Below are positions 46,986 to 55,934 of a stretch of 64,000 nt of DNA, piece after piece (position 1 is the stretch's first letter; the number at the start of each line of letters is the position of its first letter). The stretch lies in the NCBI GenBank assembly GCA_963732465.1, contig CAVSZQ010000005.1, forward strand, positions 74,358-138,357, written 5' to 3'. The position numbers and the translations under genes are program-made. The stretch comes from an uncultured Actinomycetes bacterium (GTDB taxonomy: Bacteria; Actinomycetota; Thermoleophilia; Gaiellales; Gaiellaceae). The notes beneath the pieces are model-generated. The model was given only the letters and a program-made list of their open reading frames with translations, had not been told where the DNA came from and did no database searches.

Positions 46986-48179
46986 CTAACCGGCGAGGCG
47001 CACCTGGACGAGCCGGTAGCCGGCGATGCCGCCGAGACCCGGGTCGCCAGGCCGCGAGGCCTTGATGAAGAACTGGACGTTGAACCCGTTCCTCGGCTGC
47101 GGGAACAGGTTGTTGGGGACGAGCGTGAGCGTCGCCCACCCGTCCGCCTGCGTCTGCAGCGTCTGGCCCTGCACGACGCGCGGCGTCGCCCGCATGAACA
47201 CGTTCGCGCCGCTGACCGGACGGCCACCGCGCGCGGTGATCCGGACGCGGGCTGTGATCGGCGTCGTCCGGCTCGTCACCGGGTTCGGCGAGAACTGAAC
47301 CTGGGAGACGACAAGTCGGTCACCCGCCGCCTGGAGGGTCCGGACGTCGATCGCGCTGCCATTCGGGGGCGGCGGCTGCTGGGACACGACCGCGGTCTGC
47401 GCCGAGGTCTCCGTCCTCGTGCCCTCGTCGTTTCGTGCAGTCACGCGCACACGGAGCGTGCGTGTGAGGTCGGCGCTCTGCACGACGTAGGAGCTCTCCG
47501 TTGCGCCGGAGATGTCGCCGCACGAGTTGCCCTGCGCGTCACAGCGCCTCCAGCGGAAGCCGAACGTCATCGGCTCGTCGCCGGCCCAACTGCCCCTGCT
47601 CGCCTGCAGGCGAGTGCCCGGCGAGGGCGTGCCGGTGATCGTCGGTCGCGACGTGTTCTCCGGTGCTCCGGATCCCGCCGACTGGACGACCGCCGTCGGG
47701 TTGGACGCGGCGACGGTCGAGCCGTCGTCGTTGGTCGCCGTCACGCGGAAGCGAATCCGGAAGCCACGATCCGCGTTCCTCAGGCGGTAGCTCGTGCTCG
47801 TCGCGTTGTTGATCGGGTCGCAGTCCGACGCGTTCGGCGCGCTGCCGTCCGGATCACACCGCATCCAGCGCTGGGCGAACGACTCGGCGCCCGTCCAGTC
47901 ACCACGGTCTCCCTGGAGAACTCGGTCGACGCGGGCGCTGCCCTCGATCAACGGCTCCTGCGTGTTCACCGGCGCCACCTGCGGGGCGGCGACCGACGAG
48001 GCGGAGAGCCCTGCGAAGGCCGCGAAGAGGGCTCCGACGATGACTCCGACGCCGAGTGTCAGCAAGCCGCCGCGGCGCCGCACGTTTCGTTCGTTCCGTG
48101 TCGATGGCATGCGTGTTGCTCCTTCCCTGAGTTGCTTCAGCGGGTCTACCCAGCCCCAAAAGCCGCAACACGCGGGCAA
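46986..48179 (-). CDS. Secreted Ig-like-repeat protein, paralogue of 45713..46864
   Basis: Same architecture and the same C-terminal ending (..DPGLGGIAGYRLVQVRLAG versus ..DPALGGVAGYRLVQVRTARV). Confidence 0.8.
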   Translation of the reverse strand: MPACCGFWGWVDPLKQLREGATRMPSTRNERNVRRRGGLLTLGVGVIVGALFAAFAGLSASSVAAPQVAPVNTQEPLIEGSARVDRVLQGDRGDWTGAESFAQRWMRCDPDGSAPNASDCDPINNATSTSYRLRNADRGFRIRFRVTATNDDGSTVAASNPTAVVQSAGSGAPENTSRPTITGTPSPGTRLQASRGSWAGDEPMTFGFRWRRCDAQGNSCGDISGATESSYVVQSADLTRTLRVRVTARNDEGTRTETSAQTAVVSQQPPPPNGSAIDVRTLQAAGDRLVVSQVQFSPNPVTSRTTPITARVRITARGGRPVSGANVFMRATPRVVQGQTLQTQADGWATLTLVPNNLFPQPRNGFNVQFFIKASRPGDPGLGGIAGYRLVQVRLAG

Positions 48180-48333
48180 AACCAGGCCTTACGCAAGGTT
48201 TACGACGGCTTCAACGAACGCTCACGCCAGCAAGCTCGGCGCGTTACGATCGCAACGGCGCCTCGGCGCCTTCCCATGACGGACTGAGATCTCCACCGAT
48301 CCGCTCGTTCTTCCCTCGGCAGGAGGTCCGTCC

Positions 48334-49914
48334 ATGCGAGTGCAGCTCGCAGGCGTCGCGAAGCACTTCGGCGCCCAGCAGGTTCTCGATCAGGTCACGC
48401 TCACGGTCGGCCCGCAGGCCCGGCTTGGCCTCGTCGGCCCGAACGGAGCCGGAAAGACGACCCTGCTCCGCATCCTCGCCGGGCTCGAGGAGCCGGACGC
48501 GGGCACGGTCTCGCGCGCGCCGGAGCACCTGACCGCCGGCTACCTGCCGCAGGAGCGGCGAGGCCGGCACGACGAGCCGCTGATGCAGGCGCTCGCCCGC
48601 CGCGCGGGCGTTGCCGCGGCCGAGGCCGAGCTCGAAGCCGCGGCCTCCGCCCTCGCGCGCGGGGAGTCCGCCGAGAGTCGCTATGCCGCGGGGCTCGAGC
48701 GGTTCCTCGCGCTCGGCGGCGCCGACTTCGAGGCACGGGCGCGGGCGACCTGCGCCGACCTGGGGATGAGGGTCGACCTCGAGCGGCCGGCCTCCGCGCT
48801 CTCCGGCGGTGAGAGCGCTCGCGCTGCTCTCGCCTCGATCCTGCTCTCCCGCTTCGACCTGCTGCTCCTCGACGAGCCCACGAACGACCTCGACTTCGAG
48901 GGGCTCGACCGTCTCGAGCGGTTCCTCGACGGCTACTCCGGCGCGCTCGTCGTCGTCTCGCACGACCGCGCGTTCCTCGACGCGACCGTGACCCGCATCG
49001 CGGCGATCGAGCCCGACACAGGGCGCGTCCGAGAGTGGGCGGGCGGCTACGCCGCGTACGAGGCGCGGCGCGAGGCTGAGCGCACGGGCGCGTACTCCCG
49101 ATTCGAGGAGGCGCAGGAGCGCCGCCGCTCGCTGGCGGAGTTGCTGGCGAAGCGGCGCACGGAGGCGCGTGGGAAAGGCGATTCGCTGGGCAAAGCAACT
49201 GGCGGCCAGGACCGCAGAGCGACTCATGCGCTCTCGACGAAGGTGCGCCAGGCCGAGCGGCTGCTCGGCCGCAACGAGCTACCGGAGAAGCCGTTCGAGC
49301 CGTGGGAGCTGCGACTCTCGTTCGGCAAGGTCGAGCGTCCGAGCGACCGCGTGCTCACGCTCGAAAAGGCGGCGGCCGAGCGAGGCGAGTTCCGGCTCGG
49401 CCCGATCGACCTCGACCTCGGGCCGGGCGAGCGGCTCTCGGTGAGCGGGCGCAACGGGAGCGGGAAGTCGACGCTGCTCGGAATGCTGCTCGGCGAGATT
49501 CCGCTCGCCGCGGGCGCTCGCATGGTCGGCCCGCGAACGACCCTCGGCAAGCTCGGGCAGACGCGCGACGCGTACGCCTCGGAGGCCCCGCTCCTCGATG
49601 AGCTCCGTGCTCGCACCGGGCTTCGCGCAGAGGACGCGCGGACGCTGCTCGCGAAGTTCGGGCTCGGAGCCGACCACGTCCACCGGCCGTGCACGTCGCT
49701 CTCGCCGGGCGAGCGCACGCGGGCGCATCTCGCGGAGCTCGTGGCGCGGGACGTGAACGTGCTCGTCCTCGACGAGCCCACGAACCACCTCGACCTCGAG
49801 GCGGTCGAGCAGCTCGAGTCGGCGCTCGCCGCGTTCGAGGGCACGCTGGTCGTCGTGTCGCACGATCGCCGCTTCCTGGAAACCATCGCGCCCACTCGCA
49901 CCCTGGCGCTATAG
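48334..49914 (+). CDS. ABC-F family ATPase (two fused ABC domains, no membrane domain)
   Basis: GPNGAGKTT and GRNGSGKST Walker A motifs, two LSGGE/LSPGE signatures and a charged interdomain linker. GGCAGGAGG SD. Confidence 0.9.
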   Translation: MRVQLAGVAKHFGAQQVLDQVTLTVGPQARLGLVGPNGAGKTTLLRILAGLEEPDAGTVSRAPEHLTAGYLPQERRGRHDEPLMQALARRAGVAAAEAELEAAASALARGESAESRYAAGLERFLALGGADFEARARATCADLGMRVDLERPASALSGGESARAALASILLSRFDLLLLDEPTNDLDFEGLDRLERFLDGYSGALVVVSHDRAFLDATVTRIAAIEPDTGRVREWAGGYAAYEARREAERTGAYSRFEEAQERRRSLAELLAKRRTEARGKGDSLGKATGGQDRRATHALSTKVRQAERLLGRNELPEKPFEPWELRLSFGKVERPSDRVLTLEKAAAERGEFRLGPIDLDLGPGERLSVSGRNGSGKSTLLGMLLGEIPLAAGARMVGPRTTLGKLGQTRDAYASEAPLLDELRARTGLRAEDARTLLAKFGLGADHVHRPCTSLSPGERTRAHLAELVARDVNVLVLDEPTNHLDLEAVEQLESALAAFEGTLVVVSHDRRFLETIAPTRTLAL

Positions 49915-49944
49915 TGCTCAGCCGCGCTCAGCCGTGCACATGCA

Positions 49945-49968
49945 CGGAATCCGCTCTCGCAGATTCCG
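49945..49968 (+). repeat. Degenerate family-B H1 hairpin (B9) upstream of rpmF
   Basis: CGGAATCCGC-TCTC-GCAGATTCCG (one mismatch), flanked by ..GAGCGCGCGAAAA. Confidence 0.5.
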
Positions 49969-49990
49969 AGCGCGCGAAAACACTCAAGCG

Positions 49991-50182
49991 ATGGCTGTAC
50001 CGAAGCGAAAGACGTCGAAGTCGAGGCGCGACAAGCGCCGCGCGCAGCATGCGATCTCGATCTCGCGCGTGCAGGTCTGCCCGAACTGCCGCCAGCCGAA
50101 GCTCCCGCATCGCGTCTGCCCGAACTGCAAGCACTACAACGGCCGGGACGTCGAGCCGATCCGCATCCAGGCGCCTCAGTAG
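49991..50182 (+). CDS. rpmF: 50S ribosomal protein L32
   Basis: MAVPKRKTSKSRRDKRRAQH with CxxC..CxxC zinc-ribbon motifs. Confidence 0.95.
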   Translation: MAVPKRKTSKSRRDKRRAQHAISISRVQVCPNCRQPKLPHRVCPNCKHYNGRDVEPIRIQAPQ

Positions 50183-50187
50183 CCAGT

Positions 50188-50286
50188 TGCGCAAGACCGG
50201 AATCCCCGAGTGGGAATTCCGGTCGCGCGGAAGAGCACAGGACCTGAAGCGCGGCCGCGTCGCGGCCGCGGTCGCCCCGTTTTCAC
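50188..50286 (+). repeat. Family-B repeat, copy B10 (long form)
   Basis: Near-duplicate of B8 (44495-44594). Confidence 0.9.
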
Positions 50287-50312
50287 ATCAGAGCCTCTTG
50301 TAGCCTCGGGAA

Positions 50313-51287
50313 ATGATCCGCGTCGCGGTGGATGCCCTGGGTGGTGACCGTGCGCCGGACGAGATCGTCGCGGGCGCGGCGGAGGCGGCCTCGCCGGAGA
50401 TCCAGCCGATCCTCTTCGGCCCCGCCGGGCTCGACACGCACGGTCTCCCACTCGTGGAGACGACGGGCACGATCGACATGGACGACCACCCCGTGGAGGC
50501 GGTGCGCGCGAAGCCGGAGTCGTCGCTCGTCCGCGCAGTACGTGCGGTTGCGGACGGGGAGGCCGACACCGTCGTCTCAGCGGGGAGCACCGGAGCGATG
50601 CTCGCCGCGTCGCTGCTCCACATCCGGCGCCTGCCCGGCGTCCACCGACCTGGCATCGGCGTCGTGATCCCGGGCCGCCGCGGCCCGACCGTCCTCATCG
50701 ACGCCGGCGCGAACGCCGACGCGCGGCCGGAGCACCTCCTCCAGTTCGCGCACATGGGGGCGGAGTTCTCGCACGACATCCTCGACGTCGAGGACCCGGT
50801 CGTGCGCCTGCTCTCGATCGGCGAGGAAGCCGAGAAGGGCAACCAGCTCACGCTCGAGGCGAACGAGCTCCTCCGAGCGAGCAGCCTCCGCTTCGAGGGG
50901 AACACGGAGAGCCGGACGCTGCTCGAAGGCGAGTCGGACGTCGTCGTCTGTGACGGCTTCACGGGCAACGTGGCGCTCAAGGCGCTCGAAGGAACGATCC
51001 GGACGATCCTCGAGTCGCTCCGCTCCGAGCTCGAGTCATCGTTCCGCGGCAGGCTGGGCGGCCTCCTCATCAGGCCCGCCGCGCGAGGCATCCGCAAGCG
51101 TCTCGATCCGGACACCTACGGCGGCGCGTACCTCCTCGGCCTGCGCGGGCTCGTCGTCATCGCCCACGGCTCCAGCTCGCGCGTCGCAATCGCGAACGCG
51201 ATCCGTCTCGCGGCCCGTGGGGTCGAACACGACGTAGTTAGCCGTCTAGAAGCTCGTCTCTCCGCGTTCGCAACCGCGCGGAACTAG
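50313..51287 (+). CDS. plsX: Phosphate acyltransferase PlsX
   Basis: Full-length PlsX-like sequence (IRVAVDALGGD..; VVSAGSTGA; VCDGFTGNVALK). Confidence 0.93.
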   Translation: MIRVAVDALGGDRAPDEIVAGAAEAASPEIQPILFGPAGLDTHGLPLVETTGTIDMDDHPVEAVRAKPESSLVRAVRAVADGEADTVVSAGSTGAMLAASLLHIRRLPGVHRPGIGVVIPGRRGPTVLIDAGANADARPEHLLQFAHMGAEFSHDILDVEDPVVRLLSIGEEAEKGNQLTLEANELLRASSLRFEGNTESRTLLEGESDVVVCDGFTGNVALKALEGTIRTILESLRSELESSFRGRLGGLLIRPAARGIRKRLDPDTYGGAYLLGLRGLVVIAHGSSSRVAIANAIRLAARGVEHDVVSRLEARLSAFATARN

Positions 51288-51387
51288 ATGCGTCCACCGG
51301 ACCGCTTGCCTTTGCGGCCGGAGGCCGGCCTTGCCGGCCGGGAGGCCAAGCGCGGCCGAGGCGTCGCGGCGGCAGAAGGAGGGGGCA

Positions 51388-51414
51388 CGTGGGGGAACCA
51401 TGGGTTCCCCCACG
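51388..51414. promoter_or_regulatory. 27-bp palindrome CGTGGGGGAACC-ATG-GGTTCCCCCACG plus a downstream half-site (CATGGGTTCCCCC, 51421-51433)
   Basis: Read directly in the 205-bp plsX-acpP gap. Could be a terminator hairpin or an operator. Confidence 0.4.
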
Positions 51415-51492
51415 CGAAAGCATGGGTTCCCCCGCGCTCTGTTAGCATCCTCGCGCTCTACGACCCCGACGGCACACAAGTGAGGTTTTCCA

Positions 51493-51741
51493 GTGGCACC
51501 AACGCGTGAGGAGATTCTCGAGCAGGTCAAAGGCGCGCTGAGCGAGAAGCTCGGCATCGAGGAGAGCGAGATCACGGAGGAGGCGTCCTTCGAGGAGGAC
51601 CTCGGAGCCGACTCACTCGATCTCGTCGAGGTCGTCATGGATCTCGAGGACCAGTTCGGGCTCAAGATCCCGGACGACGACGCCCGCGAGCTCACAACCG
51701 TCGGCAAGGCGATCGACTACGTCATCGCCCACCAGGAGTAA
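51493..51741 (+). CDS. acpP: Acyl carrier protein
   Basis: EEDLGADSLDLVEVVMDLE phosphopantetheine-attachment motif. GTG start. Confidence 0.93.
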   Translation: MAPTREEILEQVKGALSEKLGIEESEITEEASFEEDLGADSLDLVEVVMDLEDQFGLKIPDDDARELTTVGKAIDYVIAHQE

Positions 51742-51781
51742 GCGCAAGGACGGTTCGGACGGCCCGGAGGCGCTCGGGCGT

Positions 51782-52444
51782 CTGATCGGCGAGCTTCCGC
51801 GCGCGCGTCTCGACCAGGTCTTCACGCACGCGTCGTGGGCGGACGAGCGCGCGTCCTCCTACGAGCGCCTCGAGTTCCTGGGCGACAGCGTCCTCGAGCT
51901 CGCAATCGCGCGCGCGGTCTTCGACCGCTTCGGCGAGGCCTCCGAGGGGCGGCTCGCGAAGATCCGTGCCCACGTCGTCTCGCGGCATAGCTGCGCGTTG
52001 GTCGCGAAAGAGCTCGCGCTCGGCGACCGCCTCCTCGAGTACGCGGGCGACATTCCTTCCGACGAGCTCCAGCGGATCTCGCGGAGCCGGAACGTGCTCG
52101 CGGCGGTTCTCGAAGCAGCGATTGCGGCGATCTACCTCGAGCACGGGTTCGAGCAGATCGAGCCGGCGATCGTGGCGGCCTTCGCGGCGAAGATCGAGTA
52201 CGCGCGCACGAGCCACGTCGACTACAAGACCGAGCTCCAGGAGGCGCTCGCGCGCTCGGGGAAGCAGGTGCACTACACGGTTCTCGAGGTCGAGGGGCCT
52301 CCGCACGACCGCCGCTTCGTCTGCGCAGCGCATGTCGCCGGGGTGCAGCTCGGCGTGGGGAAGGGCTCGACGAAGAAGGCCGCCGAGCAGGAGGCCGCGA
52401 TGCAGGCGCTCGACGAGCTGGGCGTCGTCCCCGAGCAGTTCTAG
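51782..52444 (+). CDS. rnc: Ribonuclease III (start codon unresolved)
   Basis: The ERLEFLGDSVLELAI catalytic signature (about 51860-51905) and the dsRBD (..KTELQE..KGSTKKAAEQEAA) are in one open frame. No ATG, GTG or TTG occurs in that frame before 51998. CTG 51782 is given as a placeholder. Confidence 0.8.
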   Translation: MIGELPRARLDQVFTHASWADERASSYERLEFLGDSVLELAIARAVFDRFGEASEGRLAKIRAHVVSRHSCALVAKELALGDRLLEYAGDIPSDELQRISRSRNVLAAVLEAAIAAIYLEHGFEQIEPAIVAAFAAKIEYARTSHVDYKTELQEALARSGKQVHYTVLEVEGPPHDRRFVCAAHVAGVQLGVGKGSTKKAAEQEAAMQALDELGVVPEQF

Positions 52445-53232
52445 CTCGCCCGAAGCTCGGCAAGGCGCCGCGCGACGGTATCCGCGTGTGGGAGCTCCGC
52501 TTCGGCGCCTTCGCGCATGAGCGCGAGAACGGATGTGGCGAGGGCTTCCCGGAGCGCCGCATCTTCGACCGCGCCGACGTGGGCAGCGTCGAACCGAGCC
52601 CGCGTCTCCTCGGAGAGGTCGTCGTAACCGCGCGCCTGTACCGCGGGCAGCCCCTCGCGGAGGCAGGCAAGCGACAGCGCGTGGTCGCGCACGGCACCGA
52701 CGTAGTGCTCCGCCTGCCAGACACGCCCACGCTCGATGCACGCGCGCGCGTGAAGCGCGTAGATGACGCCCCACCCGAAGAGGTCCTGCGCGACCGGCGG
52801 TGCGGAAGCTTGGGTCTCGCCCGCCGCCGTCCTGCCGAAGAGAAGCCGGAATCGTGGCCCGGCGGGACGAAACTGAGCCGCAGGCGTCATCGAAAGGTCG
52901 AACTGAAGCGCGTCCGGTAACAGGAACACGCGGTAGGTCGTCGGACCGCGCTCGAGGTCGGCAAGGTGCACCGCGACGAGTTCGTCGATGAGCGTGCGCG
53001 TCCAGTCATCGAGCACGTCAGCGACCGCCACATGGTCGGCGATCGCGAAGGTGAGGTCCAGGTCGGAGAAGCGGTCGCCGCCGTCCACGGCGAGCGACCC
53101 CACCGCGGCTCCGGCAGTCACGCGCTCATCCTCCTCCGCGAGCCGTAGCAGGTGCTCGCGGAGAGCGTCCCGCTGCTCGACGGTGAACACGAGGCGCGAG
53201 TCTAGTTCTGCATGCGACTGCCCCGACACCAT
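52441..53232 (-). CDS. Nucleotidyltransferase-domain protein (aminoglycoside/lincosamide ANT-like)
   Basis: GSLAVDGGDRFSDLDLTFAI minimal-NTase motif plus a helical C-terminal domain. Confidence 0.7.
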   Translation of the reverse strand: MVSGQSHAELDSRLVFTVEQRDALREHLLRLAEEDERVTAGAAVGSLAVDGGDRFSDLDLTFAIADHVAVADVLDDWTRTLIDELVAVHLADLERGPTTYRVFLLPDALQFDLSMTPAAQFRPAGPRFRLLFGRTAAGETQASAPPVAQDLFGWGVIYALHARACIERGRVWQAEHYVGAVRDHALSLACLREGLPAVQARGYDDLSEETRARFDAAHVGAVEDAALREALATSVLALMREGAEAELPHADTVARRLAELRAS

Positions 53233-53275
53233 GCGGGCTCAGGCTGTCCGCGGCGATCGATAGCGTGCCCCAGCG

Positions 53276-55930
53276 GTGCACCTGAGGTCGATCAAGATTC
53301 GGGGCTTCAAGTCCTTCGCGGACCCGCTCGAGATCACCCTCGAGCCGGGCGTCGCGGTGGTCGTCGGGCCGAACGGGTCGGGCAAGTCGAACATCGCCGA
53401 CGCGGTCGTCTGGGCCTCGGGCTCGCTGACCCCGTCCGAGCTTCGCGCAGAGAAGCCGGACGACGTGCTCTTTGCCGGCGCGAAGGACCGTAAGGCGTCA
53501 GACCACTGCGAGGTCGAGCTCGTCTTCGACAACGAAGACGGCGCGTTCGGTGAGCTCGACTTCAGTGAGGTCTCGATCGCGCGCAGGCTCGTCCGCGGCG
53601 GCGAGGGGCAGTACCTCGTCAACCGCGCGGCCGTGCGCCGCACCGATCTCGTCGAGCTGCTTGCTGATGTCGGGCTCGGCTCTGCGATGCACTCGATCGT
53701 CGGCCAGGGCAAGGTCGAGCAGGTGCTCGCGTCCAAGCCGGAGGACCGGCGCGCACTCGTCGAGGAGGCGGCCGGGCTCGGCAAGTTCAAGCGTCGCCGC
53801 CACCGCGCGGAGCTCAAGCTCGCGCGCGTCGCCGTGCAGGTCGAGCGCGCGCGTGACGTCGAGGAGGAGGTGCGCAAGCGTCTGCGCCCCCTCGCGCTCC
53901 AGGCCACGGCTGCCGAGCGCGCGGAGAAGCTCGCCGTGGAGGTCGCTGCGCTTCGCGCCCGGGTCGCGGAGCTCGATCTCGTCGACGCCGGCTGTCGCTA
54001 CGAGGCGGCGGAGGAGCGGCGCGACGCCGCCGCGCTCGCTCGCCGCGGCGCCCAGTCCCGGCTCGAAGGCCTGCTCGCCGATCGTGCACGCGCCGAGGAC
54101 GAGCTCTCCGACGCCGCCGGTCGTCGCGAGGCCGCTGTGGCCGCGCTGTACCGGCTCCAGGGTGGCAGCGAGCGGCTCGGGCTACGTGGCGAGTCGGCGA
54201 CCGCGCTCTGCGAGCGGCTGGAGGCCGAGCTCGCGCTCCTCGCTCCGGCGCAGAGCGGCGAGTCGTCGGAGGTCAGCCGCCTCGAGCGCGAGGCTGCCTC
54301 GGCGGCAGCGGCTGCGCGTGAGGCCGCGAACGAGCGTGACGAGCTTGCGGAGAAGGCGACGCTCGGTGCCGAGCGACTGCGCGCACTCGAGCGCGTCCTC
54401 GCGGAGCAGGAAGGGTTGCCTCCTGCGGCGCGAGCGCTTGCCGAGCGGGGCGCGACCCTCGCGCTCGCCGCGCTCGACGTCGAGCCGGGGTCCGAGCGCG
54501 CCGTCGCCGCGGCGCTCCGCGCGCGAGCGTCGGCCGTGCTCGCCGACGACCCCGTTTCCGCCCTTGCGCTCCTGGAGCGGGCGCGTGAGGAGGGGCTCGG
54601 AAGCCTCACCGTCCTTGCCGCGCAAGATCCGGGACAGCTGGTCGCGGAGTTTCCGGTCGTGTCGCGCGAGGAGCTTCTGTCCGTGACCGTCCCGTCCGTC
54701 ACGCCCGAGGGCTTCGGGTACGACCCGGAGCGCCGCGAGCTCTGGTTCGCCGGCGAGACGGCCGAGGCCGTTCTGCTCGAGCTCGAAGCGAGGCGACGGG
54801 AGCTCGAGGCCGAGGTGGCCCGATTCGAGCGGCGGGCGGCCGAAGCCATGCGGCGAGCCGATGAGACCGCGGACCTCGCACGATCGACCGGTGCCGCTTT
54901 CGGAGGGATCGCGCCGACGGTCCGACGCCCCTCGATCGACCGTGACCTTCTCGCCCGCATCGCCGCCGGGGCCCGCCGGCTGGAGACGACGATCGCCCAG
55001 GCAGGCACCGCCGCCGAGCGCTTCGCGGCCCCGCTGCGGGCGCGGGTCGACGCCGGCGCCGTCCGGGCGGGAGAGCTCGGCGAGGAGCTGCGCCGCCTGG
55101 GAGCGGCCGAGGTGCAGCTGCGTCAAGAGCTCGAGGAGGCGTCCGAGCGCGTGACCACGGCCGAGGTCGAGCTGGCGCGGCTCGACGCCGAGACCGGAGA
55201 CGCCCGCCGCCGCCTCGAGAGCGCGGCCGGGATCGAGCCGGCCGAGGGCGACGACCGCGAGGAGCTGAATGCGAAGGCCGAGCGGCTCGAGATCCGCCGC
55301 GCGACGCTCGGCCAGGTGAATCCGCTCGCGCGCGAGGAGTACGACGCCGAGAAGGAGCGGCTGACCGACCTGCAGACGCAGCGCGAGGATCTCGAGCGGA
55401 GCCTCGAGGAGCTCGAGCGGCTTCGCGCGGAGCTCGCGGAGACGGTGGAGCGCCGGTTCGCAGAGACGTTCGCGGCGGTCGCCGAGCACTTCGAGGAGGT
55501 CGCATCCACGCTCTTCCCCGGCGCCGAGGGTCGGCTCCGCCTCGTCGAGCCCGAGGACGACGAGTCCGAGGCCGGCGTCGAGGTCGAGCTCCGCCCCGCC
55601 GGCAAGCGGATCACGCGGCTCTCGTTGCTCTCGGGCGGCGAGAAGGCTCTCGGGGCGATCTCGTTCCTCTTCGCCCTCTTCCTCGCCCGGCCGTGCGCGT
55701 TCTACCTCCTCGACGAGGTCGAGGCCGCGCTCGACGACACGAACATCGCGCGTTTCGTCGAGCTCCTCCGCCGTTACTCGGATCGCGCGCAGTTCGTCGT
55801 CGTCACGCACCAGAAGCGCACGATGGAGGCCGCGGACGTCCTCTACGGCGTCACGATGGGCCCGGACGGCGTATCGCAGGTCGTCTCGCGGCGGCTCCCG
55901 CGCGAAGCGAGCACGGTCGCAGCGGCATGA
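53276..55930 (+). CDS. smc: Chromosome partition protein SMC (short form, 884 aa)
   Basis: N-terminal head FKSF..GPNGSGKSN, hinge-like centre, and C-terminal head LSGGEKAL..LLDEVEAALD..VVTHQKRTM. Confidence 0.9.
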   Translation: MHLRSIKIRGFKSFADPLEITLEPGVAVVVGPNGSGKSNIADAVVWASGSLTPSELRAEKPDDVLFAGAKDRKASDHCEVELVFDNEDGAFGELDFSEVSIARRLVRGGEGQYLVNRAAVRRTDLVELLADVGLGSAMHSIVGQGKVEQVLASKPEDRRALVEEAAGLGKFKRRRHRAELKLARVAVQVERARDVEEEVRKRLRPLALQATAAERAEKLAVEVAALRARVAELDLVDAGCRYEAAEERRDAAALARRGAQSRLEGLLADRARAEDELSDAAGRREAAVAALYRLQGGSERLGLRGESATALCERLEAELALLAPAQSGESSEVSRLEREAASAAAAAREAANERDELAEKATLGAERLRALERVLAEQEGLPPAARALAERGATLALAALDVEPGSERAVAAALRARASAVLADDPVSALALLERAREEGLGSLTVLAAQDPGQLVAEFPVVSREELLSVTVPSVTPEGFGYDPERRELWFAGETAEAVLLELEARRRELEAEVARFERRAAEAMRRADETADLARSTGAAFGGIAPTVRRPSIDRDLLARIAAGARRLETTIAQAGTAAERFAAPLRARVDAGAVRAGELGEELRRLGAAEVQLRQELEEASERVTTAEVELARLDAETGDARRRLESAAGIEPAEGDDREELNAKAERLEIRRATLGQVNPLAREEYDAEKERLTDLQTQREDLERSLEELERLRAELAETVERRFAETFAAVAEHFEEVASTLFPGAEGRLRLVEPEDDESEAGVEVELRPAGKRITRLSLLSGGEKALGAISFLFALFLARPCAFYLLDEVEAALDDTNIARFVELLRRYSDRAQFVVVTHQKRTMEAADVLYGVTMGPDGVSQVVSRRLPREASTVAAA

Positions 55931-55934
55931 CGTT

